Shown: positions 11,101-20,915 of the stretch, piece after piece
Numbering within the stretch: the stretch's first letter is position 1
Layout: every line of letters begins with the position of its first letter
DNA from: Trypanosoma brucei
Taxonomy: Eukaryota
NCBI GenBank assembly: GCA_000002445.1
Contig: CP000071.1
Span: forward strand, 1,504,001 to 1,568,000
Length of the DNA stretch: 64,000 nt
Reading direction: 5' to 3'
The notes under the pieces: model-generated
Seen by the model: the letters and a program-made list of their open reading frames with translations, nothing else
The model's database searches: none
Told to the model about the DNA's origin: nothing
Made by a program: the position numbers and the translations under genes

Positions 11101-13783
11101 TGGAGAAACGCCGCTGGAAGAGTTTGCGAAAGGTGTCATCACTTACGTTGCACGTCAGCACGTTCTGTTGAGGGAGCGCTGTGATGGCCACGCAGTGAAT
11201 GTCCTGCAGTTTATGCCTCAAGGGCAACAATTTTCATCACGTGTGTACCAGCGGAGGCGACTACCACTTGTGTGCGCTCACGCACCTTCAGTCACTGGCT
11301 GGTTCTTTGATGAGGCAGAAGGGGAGGCTATAAAAAGGTTGTTTGCGCAAGCTGCTGCTTCCGGCGGCTGCACAAGGGCCGACAAGACGGGTGCAGGGGG
11401 TGAAGACGCTGTGGGTAATCTTGTCCGCTCAGCGGAGCATGGAATGTTTGAATACTTGCGCGCTTTATGTCTTTACTTACATTTGTTGGCCCTCACAGCA
11501 AATGTGTGCCACCACTTCCGCATACTGGGAAGTAGCGGTGAGATGAGCGATGTCCACTCCGGAGTGGTGGTTGGAAGAAGTCACAACCGCTACGGTTTCG
11601 AGGAAGAAAACAAAGACAGTATGGGCTGGCGTACGACCCGTGGAAAGGGTACGGGAAATGAGCAGCAAGACGCGAATGTGCGCCTATCCGAGCGGCGAGT
11701 AAACGCTGATGCCCGTCAGGCAGATCCTGAGGGTGTCAATGCAAATCTTCTTGAAAACATTTTACTGCACTTTATGAACGTGTCATTGGCTGTCATAGGT
11801 CATGCGGACTCTGTAACCCACCGAGCTGCGAGTATCGCCGTAGCCCCCGGTTGTGATGAGGAGCGCGCTCGTCGCGCATTATTCTATGCAGATGAGTTGC
11901 GGTTGATGGTTGCTGTAGCCGTGCAGGACTCCCTTCGTGTGTTGCTGCGGGAAGCCCCGGTTAGTTTTTCCCTCGCACGGCGTGTTACCCACCGTATCAT
12001 TTCAAGCTTCTCCTGTGAAGAGATTCCGTTGACTCCACTTGATGGTGACACAACAGGCGAGGGTTCCACCGCCGTTACAGGTGGAGCCTCAAAGGACCAC
12101 AACAATAGTGGTTTTGGAAGGCATATTGGGGATGAAAAACAAGTGGGTGGTGCGCTATCCGAACTCCCCCAAATCGATAGGGCAGAACTAACGAAGCTGC
12201 GCCTGAAGCGACCGGAGCTTCTGCTGCGGTCGCCTACGCTGCTTTGTATATTGTCGCCTTCTTTTTTCAATGAGGTTCTCTCGCAACACGTACGCAACGC
12301 TATCAGCCTCACCGTGACGCAGGTGGTAGCTTCGTTGCGCTTCTACCTGCGCGGACCTGATGCACGTCTCGGGCCGTTGATGTCGGCAACTGCAAGCATA
12401 CTTGCGAGTACCTACGTGCGAAACGCGGCATTGCGTCTTTTCTGCGAAGAGCTTTGTGGCCAGATCGTCGACCGTGACGATTTCCGTGATGCACTCGCTC
12501 CGCAGACTGTGGCTTCTGGACAACAGGGCGTTGTTGCGCCCGTTCCAAACGAGGTGCTCATCCCCTTTCTTGCCGCCATAGCGCGTGAGGATGCGTGTGT
12601 GACAAAAAATGCGTTGGCGCTGGTGCTCCACCGAGCCATGAGCCTGCGCCCCGATGTCTTTGGCCAGCCGCCCACGGAGGACCGCTTCTCACGGCTCGCC
12701 ATTGCCAGGCGAGGAAGTGGGATTGCGACCCCATCGAAGGTAGCGGGAGTTGGGTCCGATGGGATGGCGAGGGATCGACTGAGTCTTGGAGTTTCTACGG
12801 CAGACGTTGTGTTGGAGAGGCCAGCTGGGGCAGGAACTTCTCCAACGAGAGCCGAATGTGGAGAGGACATCGCAGAGATCGATCTTCCCACGCCAGGCAC
12901 CGATGACGAGGAGTGGGATGAAGTGACTGCGCTGAATCGCTTCAAAGTTAATCAGGCTGAGCAGGAAATTACACGAACGCACAAACGCGCCCTTGCGTCA
13001 CTCAACCTTACGCTTGCCGAGGTGATGGAAACAGCAATGCACTTTTCCACGATGCGGCGCTTAACATCGGAAGAACATAAAAAGGCGACGGCAATGATAC
13101 GATCAGCGGATGACGCAAGACACGAACGCGTTGCTGCTTTCCGCAGCGCCACCCCACCCGCTACAACGGGGTCGATAACTGGGAAAAGTTCCAGTGCATC
13201 TGTCCTCAAGGGTGACGGTGGTGAAGAAAGGAACATTAAAAGCAGCGACGATTCCCTTACCATCGCGGGTCACCCTGATGCTGCGTTGAACATCGACGAA
13301 CCAACAAACTTTGGCGTTGCGATGCTCCACATCAGCTTTGCACTTCGTAAAATCATCCACGTCTCCATGCGCCGACTTGCCGCACAACAGGGACCGAAAA
13401 CTCTTTGCATGATGGTGGAGATGCTTCGGGAAGTGGATCCTAAATGGCACCATGGTCCAAATGATGAACATCGAAGGCAGCTGGATAGTATGCTCGTGGG
13501 CACGCTACGGGTACTTGTGGCCCGCGCACTTGTCTGCGCAGATGCTGTGGGAGGAGCGGATGACTTGATGGCTGGTGGTGCCAGCGGTGTGGCAATGAGC
13601 CTTGCGGGGTTACAGAGGACAGAACGGGCATTGTACCTCGTACAGCACCTCAAGAATGGCAACCGCGGGGGGAGCGCTGGGCCCAACGTGGCAAAGAGTA
13701 AATGCACCAGTAGGGGCGTGAGCAGAGGTGCAAGTAGGGATTTGAGGAGACAACGCCCGGGGTGCATGGCGCCTGTGAGGTAG
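5141..13783 (+). CDS. Very large hypothetical protein (2881 aa from the first ATG; the ORF track opens at a GTG at 5123), predicted mostly alpha-helical with low-complexity Ser/Gly/Ala segments and no recognisable catalytic motif
   Basis: Uninterrupted 8.6-kb ORF on the same strand as its neighbours, with coding-like composition throughout. The N-terminus MLVTPILRLPTRRSVAITHGIG is Arg- and hydroxyl-rich with no acidic residue for ~50 aa, which is presequence-like. Leu-rich helical repeats suggest an ARM/HEAT-like scaffold; that is inference only. Confidence 0.7.
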   Translation: MLVTPILRLPTRRSVAITHGIGNSLAAIGLRKLSSAASNRKRGSNSDSDGATARRDGGLLLLQLKWRAKELLLAEYDKKESQKKPQILQVHADGTFDVEWRNQLPHKASSAARPTEEERVTLLCQLLAVTVKERCGRGAQDCFFASFPTDASVLLPARAAEAVVAPFGRQARLWEEQHEWQAIVSCAAKVFGSWGIKHTKDSRDARRRGSYSNLQLRTVVRNFVDKVESLCSLRLGASREMAAKGRQKRTKRPKMSEGGDVAEDGLTPDTMLNTLYRLAVLLRLLSCLFERCEGQVGSVADCEHLKEVVHCILSEIESRRFIVVGLDGSSEAMEGLAALVLAAFGRNCGGIRAGGSRVGSEVHWRAYKGEFSEALLLLCSAYLRIVPARAVGFELESSGTGSEPTSISNSETISVVRALHQCWDRWKATIHVHGSAAAFWWLRLVPLILEALLDATEKMSNSRGHKGDADSRESQVKLLQSELLATLCGMLYFDEERYNERMTILSARQAAEEAKVGQVGNGGDGDNPTNATPSETEADDAHGLTRPRAGRSMLRKGQEGGVLLPSSSEALRKSSRFLSRRTVGDSGGGVGANTNAGTALMDVGVNSPLFDLLATSDDAVSELSSLFAIEKMGRSCTLENLWLILLAAHRHLRPYRTSSAVCTHEGDGELGKEANNFFSGDEVVVEANASNGKSPMTLAVPAFVLASIQHLATTLACAVVNLYDLSDPSFLRDDNIRRAVSIAIVAGTQELLLRSRFYSDALLSNWWLRSGVSSAFGEGQKSFASLENHMMALVAQRTRYRGRLGWVKESTRVALHCLSSMPLSPLAKQWAASLVVCNLRDVTFLLRNQRVGISSSTAFALAKGTLTDSAAAADVDGSERLSLDGWARETFTTLLATLTADVELVLLCGYAGFIDTLFEMHMRIGTNQEEMMRFGDDVLLNVNLAAVLASLSKSATDSDAETHAATCESALFVLAEFSRFASWPNLDNSSVLRTDGNSLLIRVAVYCLRHARRAGGKRPSGYGLPAPHLPEAGEMVEKVLSTCGPTLSFLLARGNRCSYLQVLDLSNRLLPFSRVQPLYGGRESSCVAALQHYLRGSHHALLSMPSSSTPTGPTVAANISGSGAASQKQLLEESLKRLNFMANTTISTHVLGYLVRFVEHYLREQERCSRSTMEDLPTTTTGCHSPSLHGDENVAADRSKEQRESAMVTLARVEAAPLVLLDYMGYLSCAGSWAMVNWTFNLAETSLKIQRKHQIATTTSVVDVAVGAILSQLRAVVMPATPQIPSNMPKSLICLCDMISESPVTLLGFDRGSPLQGILKQTSRGDYRAMLFAMKQAVLLVQRASAKYRTSAPHSPNDASGGEKNDEASVGGDDRSGAEVKAYFSMPVGECSPDDQRQLRLFLECLLMCFDDVLDAIRWCALQQDVLDDELRDVLLLELQTLIRILRGCLRTVLLLSPEQKRRFHGESAQLLWVSLCVASAIGKVASVDYGRICFSGTVMHSVAALLDGVERLVKEHTVSGAHKNKQANKKEPADVDRRSGGAPLMGAIELSLNLFFSDALMSHRLALRLGLGLRERSDFTALATALRTLASAAARYEPAGRIVQFVWRTLCEELVNTVKPVKRKGRGSKATKEPSAGVKVPSKDELKLLLDSFNDLQNEVAESVASRQSKGRAAEYVVEWACPDAQAVLDSVVEDPSVLRGDRWRKRETNSSDPTSLSDSCEKEEEEQSLADWSATIPTTAVPGAVAAFMEMDAALLLEDGGNVTNEEALEAFLRQCSRLHLSSTVVASNDSNVAIPQTNKVILIHFGCVMAIVERCTLAEIASFPRGELVFGSLHLFYRPQTPVPLEKLHMLWLKLGERWNEEFIIPDCKIFERQQQEFLQLVRQRRALFQPSERGMEDTAGSHPNDHEKEGLLLRDSVIARLARQNVPPLPYDVEMLPHDGFSALDGGFTALSGSSQQFKDRLPFRIPLDALLTLLHDFSRAPRGETPLEEFAKGVITYVARQHVLLRERCDGHAVNVLQFMPQGQQFSSRVYQRRRLPLVCAHAPSVTGWFFDEAEGEAIKRLFAQAAASGGCTRADKTGAGGEDAVGNLVRSAEHGMFEYLRALCLYLHLLALTANVCHHFRILGSSGEMSDVHSGVVVGRSHNRYGFEEENKDSMGWRTTRGKGTGNEQQDANVRLSERRVNADARQADPEGVNANLLENILLHFMNVSLAVIGHADSVTHRAASIAVAPGCDEERARRALFYADELRLMVAVAVQDSLRVLLREAPVSFSLARRVTHRIISSFSCEEIPLTPLDGDTTGEGSTAVTGGASKDHNNSGFGRHIGDEKQVGGALSELPQIDRAELTKLRLKRPELLLRSPTLLCILSPSFFNEVLSQHVRNAISLTVTQVVASLRFYLRGPDARLGPLMSATASILASTYVRNAALRLFCEELCGQIVDRDDFRDALAPQTVASGQQGVVAPVPNEVLIPFLAAIAREDACVTKNALALVLHRAMSLRPDVFGQPPTEDRFSRLAIARRGSGIATPSKVAGVGSDGMARDRLSLGVSTADVVLERPAGAGTSPTRAECGEDIAEIDLPTPGTDDEEWDEVTALNRFKVNQAEQEITRTHKRALASLNLTLAEVMETAMHFSTMRRLTSEEHKKATAMIRSADDARHERVAAFRSATPPATTGSITGKSSSASVLKGDGGEERNIKSSDDSLTIAGHPDAALNIDEPTNFGVAMLHISFALRKIIHVSMRRLAAQQGPKTLCMMVEMLREVDPKWHHGPNDEHRRQLDSMLVGTLRVLVARALVCADAVGGADDLMAGGASGVAMSLAGLQRTERALYLVQHLKNGNRGGSAGPNVAKSKCTSRGVSRGASRDLRRQRPGCMAPVR

Positions 13784-13982
13784 TGATCGACTGAATGTGG
13801 TGGCAGGCATGCTTGTGGGATGGCGCGAGCGTTATAATTGATCACATATACATTATCTTCACCTTCAACACATGCAACAGTGACTATTAAATTGTTCGTA
13901 CATAAGTAACGTTGTATCATCACCACAAAAAAAAAATAATAATAACACCTTTGATATTCATACAAACACTTACCTCCCCCTT

Positions 13983-14003
13983 CACACACACACACACACA
14001 CAC
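13983..14003. repeat. (CA)n microsatellite in the intergenic region
   Basis: cacacacacacacacacaga read directly, just downstream of the giant-ORF stop. Confidence 0.9.
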
Positions 14004-14110
14004 AGACAAACAGACGATCACACAAGCATATTCGTGGTAACGCCATGTATCTTAGTGTGGCCTGTTGCTGGAGAAGGGGAATACTCTGTTTGCATGATTC
14101 GAAGAAAGAT

Positions 14111-14170
14111 CTCCTTTTTGTATTGTTGTGCTTCTTTTTTTTGCTATTTTGTATCATTGTTTTTAAAAGA
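14111..14170 (+). promoter_or_regulatory. Polypyrimidine tract plus AG upstream of the LRR gene
   Basis: tctcctttttgtattgttgtgcttcttttttttgctattttgtatcattgtttttaaaAG. AG at 14169-14170; ATG at 14354. Confidence 0.5.
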
Positions 14171-14353
14171 GCACCTCTCTAATTAACGCGGAGACACCAC
14201 TGAGGATCACTCGGGACCTTACAACCAAGGCAACCCACCTTGACAGTATATAGGTAAAGGAGGGTTTGTTGTACAGAAGGTGAGGCCAAATTGAGTGCGA
14301 TTCAGAGGGAAGGAGGAAGAAGTGAAAAATAAAATAAAGCCTAGATAGCAACA

Positions 14354-17300
14354 ATGAGGGGGTTGCTGTCTCACAATATAGGGGCAATGAAACATCCTGA
14401 GTACCCCCGAACGGATAGCGATGCTTCCTACACGCGGCCGCTCACTATGGATAGTGCTCGCGCAGCTTCGGTATCTGGGAGCGCGCAAAGTGGTTTACCT
14501 GTAGTGTCTTCCATGCAGAGGACACACCCCGGTTCCCCACGCACTACGGTTGCGTGGGATCGGCGCGACGCCAACGCTGGAAAGGCTGAGCCACAAACGG
14601 CTATCGATATGCTGGCGACAGCGTTGTTGCAGCCCTCGCCAAAGGCGTTTGTGGAGTCCGCTCACATTAACCGCTCGTCCACCCCCAAAAAGGTGCGTAC
14701 GCCACCGGTGAAGCACGGTTCACCAAACAAGCAAGGTCCCCGGTGTCACGCTCGGTCGAGCAATGGAGGGACTGACGGTGCCCTACGGCTGAAAGCCACC
14801 ACTCGCTCAGAGAAGCCGGAAGAAGTGCCCCCGGTGGGTACCGGATGCTCTGCTACTGATGGTGCCAAACTGACAACTGACGAAAGGGTTCTAATAGGGA
14901 GGACTGCGTCGGATTTGTACCTCTTTTCAAAAACGAAGACAAAGGGAGGAAGGAGTGTGGGCCGGCAAAGGAAGCGTCTTGAGGGACAAGCGTCAGAGAT
15001 GACCATTGCGGGGAAGCGTGTTTGTGTACATGAGAAGACCCCAGCAACTTCTCGCAAGGATCAGCTGCTCGCACATCCCAACATGGTTATGACAACTAGT
15101 AATGGCAGTGACAGCCAGGATAGTTCTCAGACGACCGATTCAAGGGATGGGTGGTGGGAAGAGGGGAAGGGGCAGGTTGTAAACCCACTCAGCGTCACTA
15201 AGTTAAAGGTTCACCAAAGTGTTGACGATGGTGACACACCCTTGCCGATTTCCATTGACGTAATGTGTTCCACACCCGACAATTCTGAGGAGATCGCCGA
15301 TAGCGTTAGCTCAGTGGGGAGCTCACTGTGCAGTGGCACCGCGTCTCTGGTCAAGGGTCAAATGGACATTATTCCCAACCTCACGGAGGAAAATGGTTCT
15401 GATCAAGGTGTCTCCCATAGGGGAGAAGACCTAAGCGGCGAGGTTAAATCGAAGGAATCATCGCAGTTACTGGTTGGTGAAAATGGAGTCCTTGATGCGC
15501 AAAGGCGTCTTTCGTCAGTGAAGAAGGCATCTGATTTCAGGCTCCAGAGCGCCGGAGCAAAGCCGCCAGGAAAGTTGGTTGCAACCGGCGAAAGCCTGCG
15601 CGGTGCCGGTGATTCCTGCGAGAGTGCCGCACACAAAGTAGAGGAGATAAGCAAGAAAACTATGGAGGTGCTGGACCAAGTACGAAATAGTTGTTTGACA
15701 GTGGCTCCAGCACCTACCAACATCGCGACGGGGAGCCCCCCTGGTGTGTCCGTTGCAAGGAATCCATCCAATGTTAGTTCCATCAAGCCCATTTCGTGTG
15801 GCTCCGCCGGCTGTAGGAAGAACCAAGAAGCGGTAGTGAGTGAGAAGACTAGTAAAGATTTGGCCATAGAGGAGCAGCGTGTTCTCATGGGGTACCTTTC
15901 AGCGTCCGAGTTGGATCTCTCCATGTCAACCTTCAAGCAGATTGGATGCTCTCTCCGAGTCTCAAAAGCACTTCGTGTGCTGAACCTGAAGGGCTGCACG
16001 GCAAGTGAGAAGGGACTGTGTGGCCTGTCAGAGGTTGAAAGTTTAGAGGTTGTGTGTGTTTCACATATGCGAAACCTTACCTCCCTGACAGTACTGGCTA
16101 CGCGTCAGGATGGTCTCTCGTCAAATATCCGAGAGATCGACGCCCGGTGCAGTTCTGTTACCAGTGCTGGTCTTTCGGGGTTAGACAAGATGACGTGCCT
16201 CTCTAAACTCAACCTAAGCCTCACACCAGTGACGAGTGTGAGTCTGCTCGGGGGATCAACTTCCCTGATGGAGCTGAATCTTTCCGGCACTGCTGTGACG
16301 AGCGATGGGCTACTTGGGTTGGAGAAGATTCCCTCACTGACCACACTCAATCTCAGTCGCACTAAAGTAAAGTCACTCCAAAAGATTGCCGAATCGCAGA
16401 CGCTGGAAAATCTAAATCTGTACTCGTGCAGGGTTGATACCAGTGATGTGCGGGGAGTGGAGTGTATGCCTCGGTTGAAGTCCCTTGACTTCAGTACCAC
16501 AAAAGTGTCCGACCTTTCGTTTCTTTCCTCAAGCCCTTCACTGAAAACGTTGAGGGCACAGTGGCTTACTTTGAGGAATTGTGGTGGTATTACTGAGGGT
16601 CGGTACAGCAAGCGTAACATTTCTGGTGGGGATACAAAATTATTCGACTTTATTGGAAACATAAGGGGAAATAACTTTCCGTGCTGGGAAGACCCTGGAA
16701 AAGAGGACCAAGACGTCGAAGCCGGTGTTTGTGGGTTGGCCAAAATACCCACGCTAGAGTTTGTCGATTTATCGTATAGTTCGGTTAGCAGTGTTCGTTC
16801 GTTGTTTTCTAGCAAATCAATCGAGACGATTGTGTTGCGCCGCACCCCGATTGACGACAATGGTATCAAAGATATTGGGCAGCTTCAAACGCTGAAGACG
16901 CTTGTGATTAATAATTTGGGCGATCTCATCTCCGAAGGCGGTGACGAGAATTTATCTGAGACGAAGGGCGTTTTAGTTTCTGTCAAAGATATTACACTGG
17001 CTTTCGGCATGGTTATCCTCGACCTATCCTTTACGGACGTCTATGACCTTCGTATGATAACGTCTTTAAAATGTCTCAAGGAACTATATCTTGTGGAGAC
17101 CCTCATCACCGTCGACGGAATCCGTGGGGTGGAACAATTACCTTCTCTTCGGCTGCTCGATATTTCCCAGACAAGTGTACTTTCGTTGGATTTCCTCTCG
17201 GAGGGATGCAAGGCGCTGGAGCAGTTATTTGTCAAATCCAACCGTAATACAAGCGGCTTTTGTATCGGAAAAATATATCGCCTTCCCATGCTTAAGGAAC

Positions 17301-17920
17301 TCGACGTCAGTGACACTGTTGTAGAGGACATTTCGGCACTCCTGCATTCTTCATGCACACTTCAACGGTTTGTTTGCCGTTGGGGGGAGCGGAGGGTCGC
17401 AAATGGCCTAACGGAGCCGTTGACTCCTTGGTTGCGACCTGCGTTGCTAGATGGCATGGATGCGCTTCCCCATTTGGAAAGCATTGATTTCACAAACTCC
17501 ACCCTTCGATCCGTCACGTTCCTCGCCCGTTCACGTTCGCTTCGGCGTATTGTGTTGGGGCGGAGCAGTAATCTTTCGAACAACGGCATCGGTGGTCTCG
17601 CCCAGATCCCAACTTTGGAGGCGTTGGACCTTAGTTTTTGTGCTCGCATCAGTGACGTGCGGCCACTTGTATCATCGTCTTCTTTGCAGGAGTTAAGGTT
17701 AGTTGGAACCGGTGTGACGGCTGTCGGACTCCACGGCGCATTGCAAATGAAGGCGCTGAAACTTTTAGATGTCACGGGAACTCCCGCAGCAGACGAATTG
17801 AGTGGTATTAGTAATGAGGGAGGCCCGGTGCTTGTGGTTAAGGGCGGTGAGGCGTGCAGCACAAACTTTCCTTCATTATTCAGGCGGTGCCGAACAAGTC
17901 CTGTTGTGATACTACAGTAA
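14354..17920 (+). CDS. Leucine-rich repeat protein (1188 aa): Ser/Thr-rich disordered N-terminal half, then ~20 or more tandem LRRs in the C-terminal half
   Basis: Repeated LxxLxLSxTxVxxLxxL units run from about aa 520 to the C-terminus, e.g. LNLSGTAVTSDGLLGLEKIPSLTTLNLSRTKVKSLQ, LDLSFTDVYDLRMITSLKCLKELYL and LDLSFCARISDVRPLVSSSSLQELRL. This architecture resembles trypanosome LRRP/ESAG8-type LRRs. No RING or other catalytic domain was seen. Confidence 0.75.
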   Translation: MRGLLSHNIGAMKHPEYPRTDSDASYTRPLTMDSARAASVSGSAQSGLPVVSSMQRTHPGSPRTTVAWDRRDANAGKAEPQTAIDMLATALLQPSPKAFVESAHINRSSTPKKVRTPPVKHGSPNKQGPRCHARSSNGGTDGALRLKATTRSEKPEEVPPVGTGCSATDGAKLTTDERVLIGRTASDLYLFSKTKTKGGRSVGRQRKRLEGQASEMTIAGKRVCVHEKTPATSRKDQLLAHPNMVMTTSNGSDSQDSSQTTDSRDGWWEEGKGQVVNPLSVTKLKVHQSVDDGDTPLPISIDVMCSTPDNSEEIADSVSSVGSSLCSGTASLVKGQMDIIPNLTEENGSDQGVSHRGEDLSGEVKSKESSQLLVGENGVLDAQRRLSSVKKASDFRLQSAGAKPPGKLVATGESLRGAGDSCESAAHKVEEISKKTMEVLDQVRNSCLTVAPAPTNIATGSPPGVSVARNPSNVSSIKPISCGSAGCRKNQEAVVSEKTSKDLAIEEQRVLMGYLSASELDLSMSTFKQIGCSLRVSKALRVLNLKGCTASEKGLCGLSEVESLEVVCVSHMRNLTSLTVLATRQDGLSSNIREIDARCSSVTSAGLSGLDKMTCLSKLNLSLTPVTSVSLLGGSTSLMELNLSGTAVTSDGLLGLEKIPSLTTLNLSRTKVKSLQKIAESQTLENLNLYSCRVDTSDVRGVECMPRLKSLDFSTTKVSDLSFLSSSPSLKTLRAQWLTLRNCGGITEGRYSKRNISGGDTKLFDFIGNIRGNNFPCWEDPGKEDQDVEAGVCGLAKIPTLEFVDLSYSSVSSVRSLFSSKSIETIVLRRTPIDDNGIKDIGQLQTLKTLVINNLGDLISEGGDENLSETKGVLVSVKDITLAFGMVILDLSFTDVYDLRMITSLKCLKELYLVETLITVDGIRGVEQLPSLRLLDISQTSVLSLDFLSEGCKALEQLFVKSNRNTSGFCIGKIYRLPMLKELDVSDTVVEDISALLHSSCTLQRFVCRWGERRVANGLTEPLTPWLRPALLDGMDALPHLESIDFTNSTLRSVTFLARSRSLRRIVLGRSSNLSNNGIGGLAQIPTLEALDLSFCARISDVRPLVSSSSLQELRLVGTGVTAVGLHGALQMKALKLLDVTGTPAADELSGISNEGGPVLVVKGGEACSTNFPSLFRRCRTSPVVILQ

Positions 17921-18285
17921 CCCTACAGTGAGAAGAGATGCCTTGCGCTTCGTTTGTTCACATGACGCATGATCGGCGTGCTTTTACACTTATATCTGCG
18001 AAGCTCGTGTTTCTTCCTTTTTATTTTTTTAAAAAAAGCTTCAATGTTTTAATGGGGCGGCGATGTGAAACGTGGGGCTACGAGCGTGAGGTGAACTCGG
18101 CTAATTATTATGAGCAGGAGAAGAGAGAAGTGGTGAGGGCGGTACTGCGCGCCGTGAAGACATGTGTAATATTTGCACTGCGTGAAATTGAATCATGAAG
18201 AGGAATGGAGATGACACGGGTTGATGTAGAAGAGAGGAAAAAATTTCTAGTAGTAGCGGTTTCGTAGTGACGAGTATAGTTAATT

Positions 18286-18290
<5 letters not shown>

Positions 18291-18318
<28 letters not shown>

Positions 18319-18320
18319 GT
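18291..18320. repeat. (TA)n microsatellite
   Basis: tatatatatatatatatatatatat read directly. Confidence 0.9.
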
Positions 18321-19446
18321 TTGATAATACGGTTGTGAGGATATGCAGTGACCAGCAAAGTAATAGAGGTATAAAGTGAGGCATAAGGAGGGCAATGAAT
18401 GACTGTCCGATGGTGGCCAAACAACAACGACTGCAACAATAAAATGGAAGAGAGGATTTGGTGGGGAGTCTCACGTGTCATAATGACAATTGGGTACGTG
18501 ATTGTTTACTTGTGTTACATCACTTAAACCCACACACCCACTCTTTCTACCTTTCTGTCTGTTTTTCTAGTTCCCAAGGAACTAACTTACCCTTTTGTTC
18601 TTTTTTTTCTTTTCCTCCTTTTTTTTATTTTGGCCATGCATGTGGTTAAATGCACTGCTCCACATGCAAAAGGAGCCAATAGCCGCCGTTGTAACGTTGT
18701 AGTTACCATTCTTGTCGTTATCATTATTACCAAGGCTTCGACCGTCGGGTTTCTCTTTCTCTCTTTTTTTCTTTTTGATCTTGCCCTTGCTCTTGCTTTT
18801 GCCTTTGTTTCTGTTTCTGTCCTTTGTTTTATGTTTATCTGTTTGCATTCCTACGAACACAAATAAATTGCATGCACAAACGCATTATATATATTTATGC
18901 ACATATATATATGTATATATTTGCGTGCTTGTGTGTGAATTTTATTTCTATATTTATTCGTTTACCTTTTTTTATATTTATATTTCATGTGTTCACCGTG
19001 TGATTTTTACCTGTCGGAATATGCAACTGGATGAATGTTGTTACAATTATTATTGTTATCATTATCAATGCTATTATTAATAATATGACCACTACTTACT
19101 TTTCCACTTACTTATATTGCCACGAACTTTTTGTTTTTTTTTTTGGTACGCTTAACCGTGACTCTGCACCACGAATAAAATGAAGAGGTGAAGGAGGGAA
19201 GGAAGGAAGGAAAAAAAAAAAGAAAAAAGAAAATAAAACGAAAAGAAGGGGAGACGGCCGTGAGGTGTTTTTTTTTTTTGGGGAGAAAAAAAAACAATAA
19301 TAAAGAGGAAAGAGGAGAAAAGGCATTTCCTTTTTGCATTTGTGGTTTCGTTACAATGGCGTTCGTCCCTTCTTTTTCTTTTCTTTTCTTTTTTTTCTTA
19401 AATGTTCCTTTTGTTGTTACTTATTTTTGTATTTGTGTGTGTCAGT

Positions 19447-19448
<2 letters not shown>

Positions 19449-19477
<29 letters not shown>

Positions 19478-19478
19478 C
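19449..19478. repeat. (TA)n microsatellite
   Basis: aaatatatatatatatatatatatatatgcg. Confidence 0.9.
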
Positions 19479-19719
19479 GTGGGTGAAGGAAATGGGAACA
19501 ATTTTCACATGAAGCAAAAAAATAAAATAAAAAGGAAAAAAAAAGGAAAAAAAAAGAAGAAAATTGGATGAGGAATGAAGGGGAGGAAAGAAGAAGAAAA
19601 AGAAGAGGAGGTAAAATAATAATTAAAAAAAAAAAAGAGCACAAAAGACATAATGAAGCAAAAAAAAAAGGAAAAAGGAAAAAGGAAAGGAAAGGAAAAA
19701 GTGAAAATGAATATATGCA

Positions 19720-19724
<5 letters not shown>

Positions 19725-19763
<39 letters not shown>

Positions 19764-19860
19764 AATATATATATATATGTTTATACGCTGAGACATGTTA
19801 TCAAAACGAAACGAAACAAAACAAAACAAAAAACCAAAAAAAACAACAACAACAACAACA
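19725..19860. repeat. Compound microsatellite: (TG)n/(TA)n, then (AAAC)n and (CAA)n
   Basis: tgtgtgtatatatatatatatatatatatatatatatgtaaatatatatatatatg ... aaacgaaacgaaacaaaacaaaacaaaa ... caacaacaacaacaacaacg. Confidence 0.9.
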
Positions 19861-20888
19861 ACGAGTACACCTTATGGATAGCAAAAGGGGGTTATTATGA
19901 TCATATAAATATGTGGTCTTTACATACGTGTGATTATTATATACAATTATATTCAGAATTGTTCATTTATTCGCATCACACATTCATTCATTCATTCAAA
20001 AACATATACACATATGAATTTTGTATGAATAAGCACACTTATGTACTCATATAACTTTTCCTCTTTGATTTTGTTTTATTTTCTGTCTTATCATTTAGGT
20101 TGCTTCCGTTTGGTATTCTCTGTGTTATATTCCATTTATTTTTCTAAAAAAAAAGGAAATAATAATTTTTTTTGTTTGTCTCACTGGTCTCTATTACTTC
20201 CTTCCATTTTTATGCTTTCACAAATAAGGCGGCTCTGACTATTATTATTGTTATTATTATTTGGTGGAAAAAAAGGCAAAACAAAAAAAAAAAAAGAACA
20301 GGAGTAAACACCAAATGTAAGCTACCAGGTGCGAAGGCACAAAAAAACAAAAAAGGAAAAATAACAGAGGGAAGGAGACAAACAACCGGGGACACATACA
20401 AAAAGGAGAAAAGAAATGAAAAAAAAAGAAGAGAAATTATTACTTACACATGGCTTCACATGAAAACATGAGAATTGTATACATGATCATATATTTTTGA
20501 AAAAAAAAATGCATGAAAAACACTTACACTTATATGTTTACAAATTTATGCTAATGTGTTATTGCGGCCACTAAAAAGAAAACAAAAAAAACCTAACGGG
20601 TGCTCGGACAAAAAAAGAAAAAAAGTGGAAATGAAGGGATGAAGGGTTTAAACATTTCAAGATATTTATCAAATATAATTTAAATAAATATATATGCAAG
20701 TGAAAAAGGATATGTATGAATAGAGATGAAAGATAAAAAAAATGTAGGTTTATGTCTCAGGGTTGAAAGAAGGAAAAAAATAAAAAGAAAAAATAACAAC
20801 ACCACCACATCCATTTCTTTTTCTCTTTTTTTTTTTTTTACAAAATTTCCTTTTTCCCCCTTTTTTCCTTTTTTTTTTGTTTTAAATG

Positions 20889-20915
20889 TTTGTGCTTGTG
20901 CTTGTGCTTGTGCTT
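20889..20915. repeat. (TTGTGC)4 hexanucleotide repeat
   Basis: tgtgcttgtgcttgtgcttgtgctt. Confidence 0.9.

Noticed and set aside
13270-14157. 295-aa minus-strand ORF overlapping the 3' end of the giant gene and the following spacer
   Set aside because: It is antisense to a strongly coding + strand ORF, and its product is low-complexity (poly-F, (CV)n from the CA repeat). There are no splice or initiation signals. This is a typical spurious antisense ORF.
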